A DNA stretch of 64,000 nucleotides from assembly GCA_043228905.1 (NCBI GenBank), contig JBHGNT010000013.1, positions 16,492,001-16,556,000 on the forward strand, in the 5' to 3' direction. Of the stretch, positions 20,853 to 33,268 are shown piece by piece. This DNA comes from Azolla caroliniana. Taxonomy: Eukaryota; Plantae; Polypodiophyta. Each line of letters starts with the position of its first letter. Within the stretch, counting starts at the first letter, position 1. Under the pieces are notes generated by a model. That model saw only the letters and a list, made by a program, of their open reading frames with translations, did not search any database and was not told the origin of the DNA. Position numbers and translations under genes: made by a program.

Positions 20853-23800
20853 TATGTATGTATTGTATGTACCATCTTTTCATGAGCAAAGACTTAACAC
20901 TGCCTGGCTATATGTGGCAGAACCCCAAACCTTGATTCTGACAGAGGTTCCACAACTATGGAATTCTTATGCTGACAGCTTGTATCATATCCCTCACCAA
21001 CCACCCATACTACCATAACCATTGGAGACTCACCCTACTACCTCCACCTTTACCTTACAGAAGGTTGAGAAGGCTATCTGGTGCCTAAGTACAAGGCGAA
21101 CACCTCATATATGCAATATATGAACAAGTGTTGGGACGGATAAGGTGTTCAGGGGGTTTATTAGAAGTCATCACAAACCCCATCGTTGTGAAGCAAGGAT
21201 GTCCACTCTCCTACCCTCTTTGGACTCTACATTGACGGCTGAAAGCTTGTATCATGTCCCTCACCAACTACCCATAATACTATCGCCATCGGAGTCTCAC
21301 CTGACCAATTCCATCTTAACCTCATACATGGTTGAGAAGGCTATCTGGTGCCTTCAACATGGATGGTTGATTGTCTGACACCACAGGAGTACAAAGGATC
21401 ACCTCATATATGCAGTATATGAGCAAGTGTTGGGACAAATAAGGTGTTCAGGGGGGTTATGTAAGGTCTCACAAGCCCCATTGGTGTTAAGCAAGGATGC
21501 TCACTCTCCCCACCTTCTTTGCACTCACTCTACATCGACGAGGTAGAACACAACACACATGGAGGTGAACCTCATCAACCAGATAAGAGCCATGTCAACT
21601 GAAAGAACGATTCATGAGGCATTTGAAGCATCAAAAGAAATGACGACAACAGAACATAGAGAAGGATCATGGTAATGGCAGACGATGAAGTGGTTACAAA
21701 ACAATATTCTCGGCATTGAAGATTTGCCCCTCTTCCAATGCCATGTACCTCTTCAAGAAACGATCAACAAAACAAGGTTTGCGGAAAGACCTACAACAAC
21801 TCCATAACCAAAAGATTTGGATCACACCATGGGAGATCCTCCCTCCAAAGATAGCATACTACAAAAATCATTTCGTGAACTTCTCAGAGGATGGGACATG
21901 AATGTCTGCATGCCCCTTAGTCTCATCAACAAGAGAATGACGCAGGATGAGTACTTCGCATATTTAGAACAGATAGATTTTGCAAATAGTGTCAAGGACA
22001 GATCGAGAACGAGGAAAATTTCACATGCAGGTGCCCAGCTTATAAGCATATCGGAGAGAAGTATGCTCCCCTTCATGCAAACTTCATCGTTATTTGACAA
22101 ATAGAGAAAGCTGAATCTGGATTGAAATTCAAACGCATAGTGAATCAATCCTTATATTATTATCAAATGGGATGCAATGGATATCATATATTGCTGACTT
22201 CTTCCATATGCCTACACCTTCATTGCCAGTGTGCAGAAGAGTCACCATAGAGAAGGAAGAGGAATGCCAACGACAACAGACAGACCAAGTACCAAGACAC
22301 AAGGCACGTGGGCCATACTATCACCAGATGATGAGTACTTCGCATATTTAGAACTGATAGATTTTGCAAATAGTGTCAAGGACAGATCGAGAACGAGGAA
22401 AATTTCGCATGCAGGCGCCCAGCTTATAAGCATATCTGAGAGAAGTATGCTCCCCTTCATGCAAACTTCATCGTTATTTGACAAATAGAGAAGGCTGAAT
22501 CTTGATTGAAATTCAAACGCATAGTGAATCAATCCTTATATTATTATCAAATGGGATGCAATGGATATCATATATTGCTGACTTCTTCCATATGTCTACA
22601 CCTTCATTGCCAGTGTGCAGAAGAGTCACCATAGAGAAGGAAAAGGAATGCCAACGACAACAGACAGACCAAGTACCGAGACACAAGGCACGTGGGCCAT
22701 ACTATCACCAGATGATGGAGATCATTACTTGTCATGTCTGATCCACACAAGGACACCCAGATACACTTGGCGAACTTCGTCATAGCCTTGCTGCACCGCA
22801 CCAACCAACCTTGAATACAATGTCATCTCACCACTACTCGACCCATATACATTAGTTATGCACCTCATGGTTGTTAACCATCATAAAAAACAAAAGGACG
22901 GTATAATTCACAAGACGTCGTATGTAATTCATTATAGAATGACATGTTGTAAAGATAACATTGAAAGAGGATAGAAAACTGAACTAAATTAAACCGGCTA
23001 CCTGGTGACTGAGGTCTTTCCATGTCAATATATCATCATTAAAATTTGAGGGAGGATGACACTAAGCGAACAAGAATTATCTTGGATTTGGTATAGCCAG
23101 AACATTGGCTTATCTCATAGTAGTCTAGTGAACACTTCTCTTGCCCAACTCTAACTTGCATAGTTTATGCTTCTCAATGATGAATGAAGAGCATTATTTG
23201 TCTTATTTGAAGAGTTAAATCTTGCATAGTTCTAGCCAGAGGAGAAACATGTAGGTCATTTCACTGCTGCACAACATAAGTCCGTAAAACTAAAGATTGT
23301 AAACCCAGATACAATATTACCACAACATTGACCACTCGATAAATGAGAATAGACGTCAACAAACCAATGGAATGTACCAAATGTGAACAATACGAAGACA
23401 ATTAATGGTGAAATCATTTACCTGTCAAGAACAAAAAAAAAACAAGAGGAAATTCAGTTACCTGTCACAGACTTCACTTTTGTTGATAAGTGTCAACCTT
23501 TTCGCAACAACTAGATCCCAGAAATCATTTAGCCTCTTGCCACAGCATTTGGTTACAAGTTCGCGTAGAAAATTATTAAACTCCAACGGTTCCTGGTTCC
23601 ATTTAAAGAAGTAAGGCTGGAACAACACTAAAGAGATACTGAAAGCAAAAAGTGAAGAAGAAACTAACCTCGTGTTCTACACAACCCTTCCTTAGAGCAT
23701 TTAGGCATGCCATTGCTTTGTCATACGTGTTACCTTTATATGATGAATCTAGTAAGTCAGTTATGGTCTTTTTAATTTCATGTATGGCTTTGGGAACCCA

Positions 23801-26800
23801 CTCATCACTGTCTCTACGAGCTAGCATAGATACAAAATCTTCAACAGGCTGTAAGCTTCCAACCTCAGATACTTTCCTCGCTGTCAAACTGTCAAATGAT
23901 ATCTGCCCATCATCGAGTACAGATCTTTGTTCACCATAGACATCTTCTTCCTGTTCTTTATCCTTCCAGAACTGTTGAGACCTTTTCTCCTTCTACCAGG
24001 TCAGATTTATCCAATGACATTAGGACAACGGCTTCAGTTAGTTTGAATCCATACAGAAGAAAATAAAAAAAGCACCTGTTCATTTAGTTGAAGTACAAAC
24101 TGTTTGTTGAACTGATTAATCACAAATTCATTCTTGGCAAGAAGCTCCCGATGAGGCTCAATAATAGGTCGAAGCTCATCATCTAGAGCAGGCACTCTTG
24201 CATCAGGTGTGCAATGCTTTGTGTGTAGGAAACTGTACCATCTCTGAAATGATGAACAAAATGAATAAGAGACATTTTTATGAACTTTAAGAAGGATACA
24301 TTTTAATTTGTCGTCAGTATCACCTGCAACACTGGGTTCAATGTTCTCTCTGGTAAAAGTATCTCCACGTGGTCACTTGGAGATAGATCAAACATCTTCA
24401 CAAGATTATCAGCTGCTTCCTGCTGTGAATCATTAGGCTGCATGCTTGGAGGCAGACTGTCTAAGGGAGTAAACGGAAATTCGCGGGCATCCTCCATGAA
24501 CGGAAGAGTGTTAAAATAGAAACAATCGAGCTGGGCACATAAATGATCAGCCATTAAATTACCTTCTTATATCAAAACTTTCCTATTAACATATAGAAAT
24601 AATTTAGAAAGATGAACCACACTTCTTTTAATATCAAGGCAAAAATAATCAATACTTTTATAATTTCCTATATATGTAAATAAATTGTAAAGAATATTGA
24701 TCAGAGGATTCTCTCTCTCCATGGACTCACACGATGGTCTTCCTTTGACACATGTGGGCTTAAGACCCCAAGCACAACACCTGATTGGCCTTGCCTCCAC
24801 ACACATCTGATGATGGCAACTTTCTTTAACTCCTGCATGGCTCTTGCTAATGCAGAAACAGCAAGAATGGCTTTTGTATTTCCAGGCTCTGGAATAAAAA
24901 TATTGCTCTCCTTCATATAATAATGCCTGGAATATGACATAACCACAGGAAGACCATATGAAAACAATTCTCAGAAGGTGTATGGAAAATAACTGTGGAG
25001 ATGTTGAAGATGATAATAACTGCTAGTGGGCCTGTGTATAGGGATACAGTGCAAACTTTACAACCCACATACCTAAAACTGAAGTTTCCATAATCAAATA
25101 TTGAATACCAGAGTCTGGAAACCCAATTAAAATATTTTGCTCCATTTATGAACTATGGATGACAGAGAGTTTAACCTTAAAATATTTGATGCATTGGTGA
25201 ATCCGATCAATTTTATGCCCTTTTCTGTCTTCAATTTGAGAGCATCTTCTACTTCTTTGGAAACTGGAACTAATTGGGGTCCATACCGATATGCTTTTGA
25301 TCTCTGATCAGGGGGGACAATTCTGTCAGGATCTTCCGTGCTCCTATACTCAATATCCATCTTGACTTCATGAGAGACATGAGGAGCACCTGGAGGGGCC
25401 ATGTCTGAATACTTTTTAAGCGTTGGAAGCCTCTCTTCTGCAACCTTCTTGTACACCCAAACCTGTATTGAGAATAAATAAGTGCTACTACATTGCATTG
25501 CTTTGCTGATCTTTGGTTATTGACAATAACGAATGAGATGAAAATATGTTTCCTTACACCTAATCACAAGGACACATGCATGTGCGAAGCATTATTACCT
25601 TCACTTTCATATTAGGCGTCAACTCTAGATCACCTCTATAGAGGGTAACAGGGGTTATGTTCCTCGGCTTAATTGCCCCTAACAGTGATGTTGGATTGTC
25701 AACTAGAACGACTTCCACTTGAGGACGATTTGCAAATCTTTGCAATAAAGCTTCATTTTCTATACGTGCTTTTGATTTGAATGAACCATGTTTTGACTTT
25801 ATAACAACAGCATCAAGCTTCATCCCATGCTCAGTCAATTGTACAGCAAGTTTATCCACTTGCTCTTCCTTAGTTTCATCCTCAGCAGGATCTTTCACAA
25901 AGGACTCTCCATCAGTGAAAAGGAATATGTGCTTATTACCCTTCTTTCCAGGTCCGGCCTTTTTAATCAGCATGTCCATACCAACAACAGTAGCATCCAA
26001 ATCTTGAATTGATGTAGGGAAGCATAACCTAGCCTTTAATTAACACAATTTCAAGCTGATGTTGCTATTGAGGTCTATTCCAAGGATACAATCTCCAATT
26101 TCTGAACCCTCAGGTAGGCACTCAAGTATCTTCAGCAGGTTATCATCTACAACTTGAATGGACTGTAAAACAGCTACAGTTTCATAGCCTCCAAGCTCTT
26201 CATAGAGATCATTGCGAGCATCTTGCAATATATAATATACCAAGTATAGTGTCATGGCGAAAAAGGACATAATCATAAAGGTAGACATAATCATTTAGTA
26301 TCTACCCAGATACACTAAGTATACATGAAATCAGAAGATAAATAGGGGAAAAAATGAAAACATATATAAGATCTACCCAAACATAAAACCCTAAAATATA
26401 TCAAGCCTAAAGACTGATTGAGCAAAACATAAAAACTTCATAACGTTTAGTGCAACATCTATCAATATGTAATACATCAAACCACTTCCATAAGGAGCAT
26501 TATCAACACCTTTGCATACAAAGTTTACAAGGTACAAAGACATGACACAGAGAAAAAATTCCACCTTCAAAAGTATCGCTGCAGGTGTCTATCCACAAAG
26601 AATACATCATGTATAAAGACAGATGGGATCAATAGGAAAAAAATTCCGGCTTTCTAAGCTCATTTCTGCCATTTCCCTGTACAGAATACACTATGTATAT
26701 ACTACAAAGACTGACCAATAAGAAGATGGTGACGCCTTCATAAAGATCATTCCAAGCAGTTTTTGGGAAAAAAGGTGCCTTCATTTACAATGGAAGTCTG

Positions 26801-27494
26801 GAGCTTGCCAGTTAGAAACATTTATAAAAGAACAAAATCCTTCTGAAATCATATACATTTACACTAAAATCCTGTGTATTGGTGATATTTTCACATAATT
26901 TCCTAACATTTCATGTATGAATAGGAAACTCAGGCAATTAGTAACGACCGAAGCTTAAATCAGTTTGCTACAAATGGTTAGAAAAGCATATCTACCCATT
27001 CATAGCACACTAAGCACAATGACAGCAAAACAAAAAGGGAACTCAAGATTTACCTCTAACTCCAAAGACAACGAGTCCAACTTCATCAAATTTGGTGAAG
27101 ATTAACTGTTTGGAAAACATACCCTCTCATTATATATGGTGCTACTAACAACCATTAACTCTAATTGACTCACATTACACTTAAACAACATAAAACAATC
27201 ATGGTTTTACCTTTCTTTGAACTAATATTGATGCGGCTTTTGAGAGATGCTTAAGATGTGGATGCATTGAAGGGCTCACGTCAAGCAAGATTACAGCAGT
27301 TTCCTGAAAAAAAGAGAAGCATACAAGCTTTGGAAGAAATCCAAAACCCTGAACCCACTCAATATGCACAATATATATATATAAACATGCACGCACACAC
27401 TATTAATACAAATCCTTAATGATTTTGTTCGAGCATGGTAATGCCTATGCAGGAAATCACATGGACAATGAGCTATTACCTTGTTACGAGCCAT
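20659..27494 (-). CDS. KU80: Ku80 (XRCC5) NHEJ/telomere protein, about 710 aa, 12 exons
   Basis: Exons 27480-27494, 27211-27303, 27054-27105, 26090-26221, 25599-26002, 25176-25462, 24731-24926, 24324-24530, 24076-24243, 23669-23992, 23462-23592 and 20659-20782 keep frame. Motifs: MARNKETAVILLDVSPSM (vWA), YRYGPQLVP, IKLIGFT, AIIRCVWRQGQ, FNTLPFMEDAREFPF, NPVLQR, and C-terminal YDKAMACLNALRKGCV-EPLEFNNFL. Confidence 0.93.
20870..22900 (+). mobile_element. Degenerate RTE-like LINE in the last KU80 intron, with internal duplications
   Basis: Frameshifted RT motifs VKQGCPLS..LFGLYID (about 21190) and GVKQGCSLSP..LYIDE (about 21485). Diverged duplication at 20973 and 21240; near-identical 384-bp tandem duplication at 21946 and 22330. 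Outer boundaries are approximate. Confidence 0.7.
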
Positions 27495-27713
27495 AATCAC
27501 TCGTTGATCTCTGTCTCTCTTGTCACTTTACTTGGGAACTTATAAGGAAGAATGGAAACAAAATGCCCTGTTTTGTTTTTCTGTGTTCATAGAATTCACA
27601 CTTTCAGTTTCAAACACCTCTTCTGGTTTTTACAATTCTCTCATAGTGTGCCTTCCTCCAATCCAAAAGATGGGGTGCAACACGCTTGCTTCCTGATGCA
27701 TCAATAGATTCTT

Positions 27714-27741
27714 CTAAACCCTAAACCCTAAACCCTAAACC
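27714..27741. repeat. Interstitial telomeric repeat (CTAAACC)4
   Basis: Four perfect plant telomere units about 220 bp upstream of the KU80 ATG. Confidence 0.9.
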
Positions 27742-29440
27742 TTTCTCCAATGCCAATATACCATGACAGGATTAAAATGTGGACAATCTCCCTTCATACA
27801 TCATACAACATATGTTGCACCTAACCATACACAAAACCATATTCCTCATCAAATGGGGTCGCCCACATGCACCGAATATACATGTATGTTACAGACCATC
27901 CCGATGTCCGTCCACACAAACCATTGCTTCCATGTGACTTAGTTCCCACTCACTTTGATGTGAGGTGGGCCAGTAAGCGCACAACATGATAAGACTAGTT
28001 GACTACGCACATTTCGCACTAAACAACTTCAGGAGTTCGAGCTACAAGTGGCAATTTAGAATGCCAACTACGTTGTAAGATCTGCCACCACCCATGATCA
28101 GATTTGTGTATTTTCCATTCTTCTTCAGCCTTAGATGATAGCCATCCAAGAGACTCGACAAAGCAATGATACAAAAGATTAGTAATCACTTGTAACAACG
28201 ACGTTTGACCCCGTAAACACCAATCAATCCACAATTGTTCTCCTATTTGCAGAGGTAAGGGACCTTGCATCAATTCAATATTTTGTAGTTGTTGCCAGAT
28301 AAACCCATAATTAGGTGGGATGCGCAATAATTGTCGTGCTTCAACAAACTCGAAAATTCTTTGAGATGGAGCCTCAACTATATCTCCCATCTCTTTGATC
28401 CCCAAACAATACAAATGATTAAATTGTTACATTAGATATTGCCCTCACAAGATCCATTCATCAAGGATGCCCCCTTAGCCCATTGTTGTTTACTATTGTT
28501 ACTCATCCCTTTATTAGTGATGCTATCAACACTTGCAACAAATGGTGACATTTTGGGTTTACACCTTCCGTTTGGAGGGCAACTAGTACCACAAGCTTTG
28601 GTTGATTATTCTTTCATGTTTCTACAAGCCTCACGAGAGAATATTGAGAAGGGGATGCTTGTATGGAACCAATTTGCATTGGCTTTCGGATTACATATTA
28701 ATTAGAGGAAGTCTAGTCTCATATCACGTACTGAAAGGGATTTGGAATGTTTAGGATGGCAAGGATTCGTGGTGAAGAAAGGCTCAGTTTTTCAACATTT
28801 GGGCTATCCATTAGGAATGAATGTTACAAATGGTCAATTGATTGAATGAATGTCTAGTAAGTTGAGGGATAAGTTCAAGTATTGGAAGTCACAATCTTGG
28901 CCATTTCATGTATGCTTAAAGGTTGTACAATTTATTATGGAACCCATGATATTATATTGTTGTCATGGACAAATAAGGCTTTGCATTCTGTTTTGCAAAC
29001 TCTTAGATATTTGTTGTGGAAGAAGAGGGATAAGATAAGAATCACATGGGTTGTGTGGAATCATCTAGTAAACCCTACGCACTTGGGGGGAGCTGGAATA
29101 TTGAATTAATCGCTCATATATTTTCATTGTTGCAAGACATGTGTTCAAACTCACAACCATGTATATCTATTGTTCAATATTTCATTGAGAACAAGGGTTT
29201 AACACATGGGAGGACAATAATTAAGGCTTCATGATGTCAATTACTGAATGAATGTATTTCACTTAGGATTCCAGGCTCTTCATGTGTTCGACACTTGGTT
29301 ACCTCACGACAAGAAGCACTCTTTTTATGTGTATGGAAACCATCGTCTAGTAGAAAGCATTGTAATCCTTTGCAAAAAGGATTACTTGTTTCTTCTTGGT
29401 TATTACATTGGCCAGGAAAGGAGAGATCACGCTCTCAATT
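27742..29440. mobile_element. Degenerate L1-clade LINE with an internal inversion
   Basis: Plus segment 28440-29440 encodes RT remnants (HQGCPLA, FGLHIN, LGYPLG, HLGGAGILN). Minus segment 28430-27742 encodes ORF2 C-terminal-like sequence (LGIKEMGDIV...FEFVEA). Confidence 0.7.
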
Positions 29441-29487
<47 letters not shown>

Positions 29488-31568
29488 GTGGAGAAATTGT
29501 AGCAAGCATATTCTAAGTTTGTGGTTGCGTTGTACATGTATCCTAAGTCATTGACACAAAATGATGAGCTAGTTTCATGTAGAAGTTATGAGCCTAGGGA
29601 TATGTTGTGGGTGAAAATGATACCATTATGAATAACGCATAGGTAGAGGTATTGAACCATGATGACATTTCAGTATATCACAACCACCATAGTAGGAACA
29701 AACAGAGAATTTTTATTCCCTTCTGACATTTAAGCTCCCATTATTTTTTTATTTTTAGTTTTCTAATTTTTGTCTACAAAAGACACTACTTCGCATTAGT
29801 TAACAAATTAAGCTCCCCTTATTATCTTGACTACTTGCCTTAATCGTCTTGTACACTATAAAGAAGAATGGAGGGTTTGCAAGCCCATTATTTTGGATGA
29901 CACAGAATTGGACCTCAAAATACAAGTTTTTAGCCATTGAAAGGAGGTTATGTATTAGGGTTCCAACATTACCATGTGCATGATGGATTGAACCTCCATT
30001 GGTATGATGCTTTACACTTGTGGAAGTCTTCATGATTGTTTTCCAATGCATTGCATATAGATTGCCTAAGGGTTATCAAAAAGGTACTTCATTGATGGGG
30101 TTACATGCATTTCCATCCACGCTACAAAAAATGTGCTTATTGATGTGATGTAGTTAACACCGTTGCTAGCATATTTCATCAATATGAAATGTGATAATGT
30201 CATTTAAATTACAACATTGTTGTCATCCATTATATTTCAAGTAATAAAATAAAGTCAAATAAGGACCAAATCCGTAACTTGGAGAAAAAACATCAAACAT
30301 CTTATGTCAAAAACAAGGTATTGTGTATTTAAGTATAATGTGGAAGCATTGCATTTTCACAAAATATTAAAGACTTTAGAAATTAACACTGATTATTGCA
30401 TACGTGTCTAAGGTTACATCAGTGCCATTTCAACATTCAAATAAATGAATACACATATGTGGATGGGATCACACATTTGGCAACATTTTGTGACAAGACA
30501 TATTTTCAACATTCAACATATATTAGAAACCAATAAACTGTCATGAGAATGTCATTATAAGGCAGTTGAACCTATCAGGATACATAAAATCTCTGACTCA
30601 GGTCAGAAACTACTCACGAATAACCATAGTGCAGTCGACAAATAAATAAAAGATATGGAAGGGTGCTTGTAAACTAAAAAACGTCAAGACAAAGTGGAGG
30701 GATAGCACAAAAGAAAAGAAAAGTGATAGCTTTATGGAAAATCATTGCAAAGAAAATTTCATCTCCATTTCAACAGAATACTAAGTAAAACGGCACATCA
30801 ACTACAGATTCATACCACTTTCAGCACTTAAGGCGAAGGGAATATGTGTGAAATTAGTAATTTTGGAACTGGATTACATTCTGGTGGCAACCATTTGAAT
30901 CATATTAATCAATTAATCTATATGTCGAATGTCAAGAAACCTCAATGTGCCCAAAGTGTAAAGAAAACCATTTTGCTTGTTTATACTAACCATTCTATAC
31001 CGCATTGCCATCCTTATCAAAGAATACTAATGTAGTGCTAAGCCAATACCCTGAAGGCTCACAAATACTGGACAAAAAGTAACACTTCATATAATAGGTA
31101 TTGCCCAAGGAGACTATTCTTAATCTATTTTAGGATGGTTAGGGGAATGGTCCAACATCATTAGTGCACATTGTACTTAATGAACACTTGAAACGCCATT
31201 CTTTCATGCAGTGAAGGCAAAAAAACACACAAAAGCAGTGCTTAGTGACATGGTTATTGCATCAAAACATTTTCATAACGGACAAATACTGACATATTAT
31301 CATTTGATATTGGCAACCCAAATAGTTGCTCCTTTTGTTTAGCCAAATTGCCTGAACAGTTTCATGAATACATAAGCTCTTATTGAACTCCCTTACAACC
31401 CTTCTTTTCTGAATTCCAACTTATATTGAGCTACATACAAAGCCTTTTGTTAAACGGATCCATTGTCGACTGACCATATACACACAAAAAATAAGAAATT
31501 TCAGCCAAAGATATTCATAGTTATTATTGTGTCTGTTCGCATCATAATCCAAATCCACTCAGAGAAAA

Positions 31569-32783
31569 CTATGAAGCATATCTTGATGCCATGTGGGAGA
31601 TTTGAACACGTTGTTGGGCAGCTTGAATCTTTTCAGAAATAGCTCTATGAAAAAATTGCTCACGGGAAATGCTTCGTACCTGCTTAAGGTAGATGTCCAC
31701 AGGAACCAACCCTTCTTGAACAGCCTTATCCAAAGAATACAAGAGATCTTCAAGAGCAAGATCTTGCGATGTGCATTCAAGCATTTGTTTTGATAATGGG
31801 TCAGACGGTTCAAAAACATCATCGATATTGAACTCAATCTTTCTCTTTGGGTGTGAATCTACCCATTTTTGTATAAGTTCAGTGTTAGATAGGATGGTTT
31901 GAAGCCGCTTCTCAAGGTATTCTTTTTCTTCTCGCAACTGGTCTATACCCTGTTTCAATACCTCTTTTCTCTGCTTGAGCTGAGATTGTGTGTTTACAAG
32001 ACTATCCATTCCGGATTCTCTCATGCTTTGCAATTCAGTGATGTCATGCTTTAATCGATCCACTAAAGAAGCGATAGCATTGCGACGGAATACTTCTTGT
32101 GGATCATTGGTTTGGCCAGAGATATTTGAACTTTGTACACGTGGAGAATTTCGTGGACTCTGATGGCGACGTGGCGAATCACGGGCTGGTAAACCAAAAG
32201 GCCGTGATGGCAAAGGAAGAGCAGCCGATTCCAATCCTTGGCGATCACTTGAATTTGCCTGACCAGACATTTGGCCGCTCGGCTTCATGTATAACGGTGG
32301 ATCTTGTCCAAACATGGATCCTAAATCTCGTGCTAAGTCTACTAGATTTGACCTAGGGTAAGTCCAGCTATTCAAGTAAGGTAAAGACACCATACCTGAT
32401 GTATCGACATGCTTGTGAGATCTCTTAATGATCATGTCTTTGGTCGGGTTCACAAACACTCGCGGTGCACAGTTAGGGTAGGCTTCAAGAAGCCAGATCG
32501 TTACTGGGATGTTGTATGTTTGACCCTGAAAAGACATGGGTACGGTTCCTTCAGCTTGCAAGAGATGAACTGAGGTTCCATCATTGTGAACAAAGTCTGC
32601 AGGTTTTGCTCGGAGTCTGGGGAAGCTCTGCATGAGGCTGAGGAGATGCTGTCTGATGAGAAGCTTCATGTCTTCTCTGTAAGGGAGAGCGTTAGGGCCC
32701 CGTTGCGAGAGTAAAGAGCTGAGGTACTGGGTGGATGTGTGGGGGGATAAGGCCGATTGCGTGGGGGTTGTGACGGACGCCAT
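31569..32783 (-). CDS. ELC: ESCRT-I subunit ELC/VPS23/TSG101, 404 aa, single coding exon
   Basis: First ATG at 32783 (MASVTT). UEV domain FVHNDG..LLQAEGTVPM..YNIPVTIWLLEAYP..PRVFVNPT..HKHVDTSGMVSLPYL, then a coiled coil and steadiness box DLALEDLLYSLDKAVQEG..YLKQVRSISREQFF. Confidence 0.93.
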   Translation of the reverse strand: MASVTTPTQSALSPHTSTQYLSSLLSQRGPNALPYREDMKLLIRQHLLSLMQSFPRLRAKPADFVHNDGTSVHLLQAEGTVPMSFQGQTYNIPVTIWLLEAYPNCAPRVFVNPTKDMIIKRSHKHVDTSGMVSLPYLNSWTYPRSNLVDLARDLGSMFGQDPPLYMKPSGQMSGQANSSDRQGLESAALPLPSRPFGLPARDSPRRHQSPRNSPRVQSSNISGQTNDPQEVFRRNAIASLVDRLKHDITELQSMRESGMDSLVNTQSQLKQRKEVLKQGIDQLREEKEYLEKRLQTILSNTELIQKWVDSHPKRKIEFNIDDVFEPSDPLSKQMLECTSQDLALEDLLYSLDKAVQEGLVPVDIYLKQVRSISREQFFHRAISEKIQAAQQRVQISHMASRYAS

Positions 32784-32880
32784 GGCCAACGAAGCTCTCT
32801 CTGCACCTCCCTCTCCCTCTCCTTCTCCCCCACTCCTCTGCACAATTCACACACCAACAAGAATCAAGACAATTTCAAAA

Positions 32881-32919
32881 CATATGTATGTATGTATATA
32901 TGTATATATGTATGTGCGC

Positions 32920-32950
<31 letters not shown>

Positions 32951-32985
32951 TGTATGTATGTATGTATGTATGTATAGATGTGTGC

Positions 32986-33016
<31 letters not shown>

Positions 33017-33268
33017 TGTATGTATGTATGTATGTGTTTATGTATGTATGTATGTATGTATGCATTGCAAATGTATGTATGTATGTATGCGCGCATATGT
33101 ATGTACGTATGTATGTATGTGTGCATTGCAAATGTATGTATATATGTATGTGTGTATGTATGATCTATGTATGTATGCATGTGTGCAATGCATATCTATG
33201 TATGTATGTATGCATATAACCATGTGTGCATTGCATGTGTATGTATATATGTATTGCATATGTGTATG
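32881..33268. repeat. Degenerate (TATG)n microsatellite upstream of the ELC start codon
   Basis: About 390 bp of TATG/TGTA repeats; it produces the spurious MYVC/HTYI ORFs. Confidence 0.9.

Noticed and set aside
8721-27494. Functional clustering of telomere-related genes (SMG7/EST1 family and KU80)
   Set aside because: Plant SMG7 acts mainly in NMD and meiosis; adjacency of unrelated housekeeping genes is expected by chance without synteny evidence.
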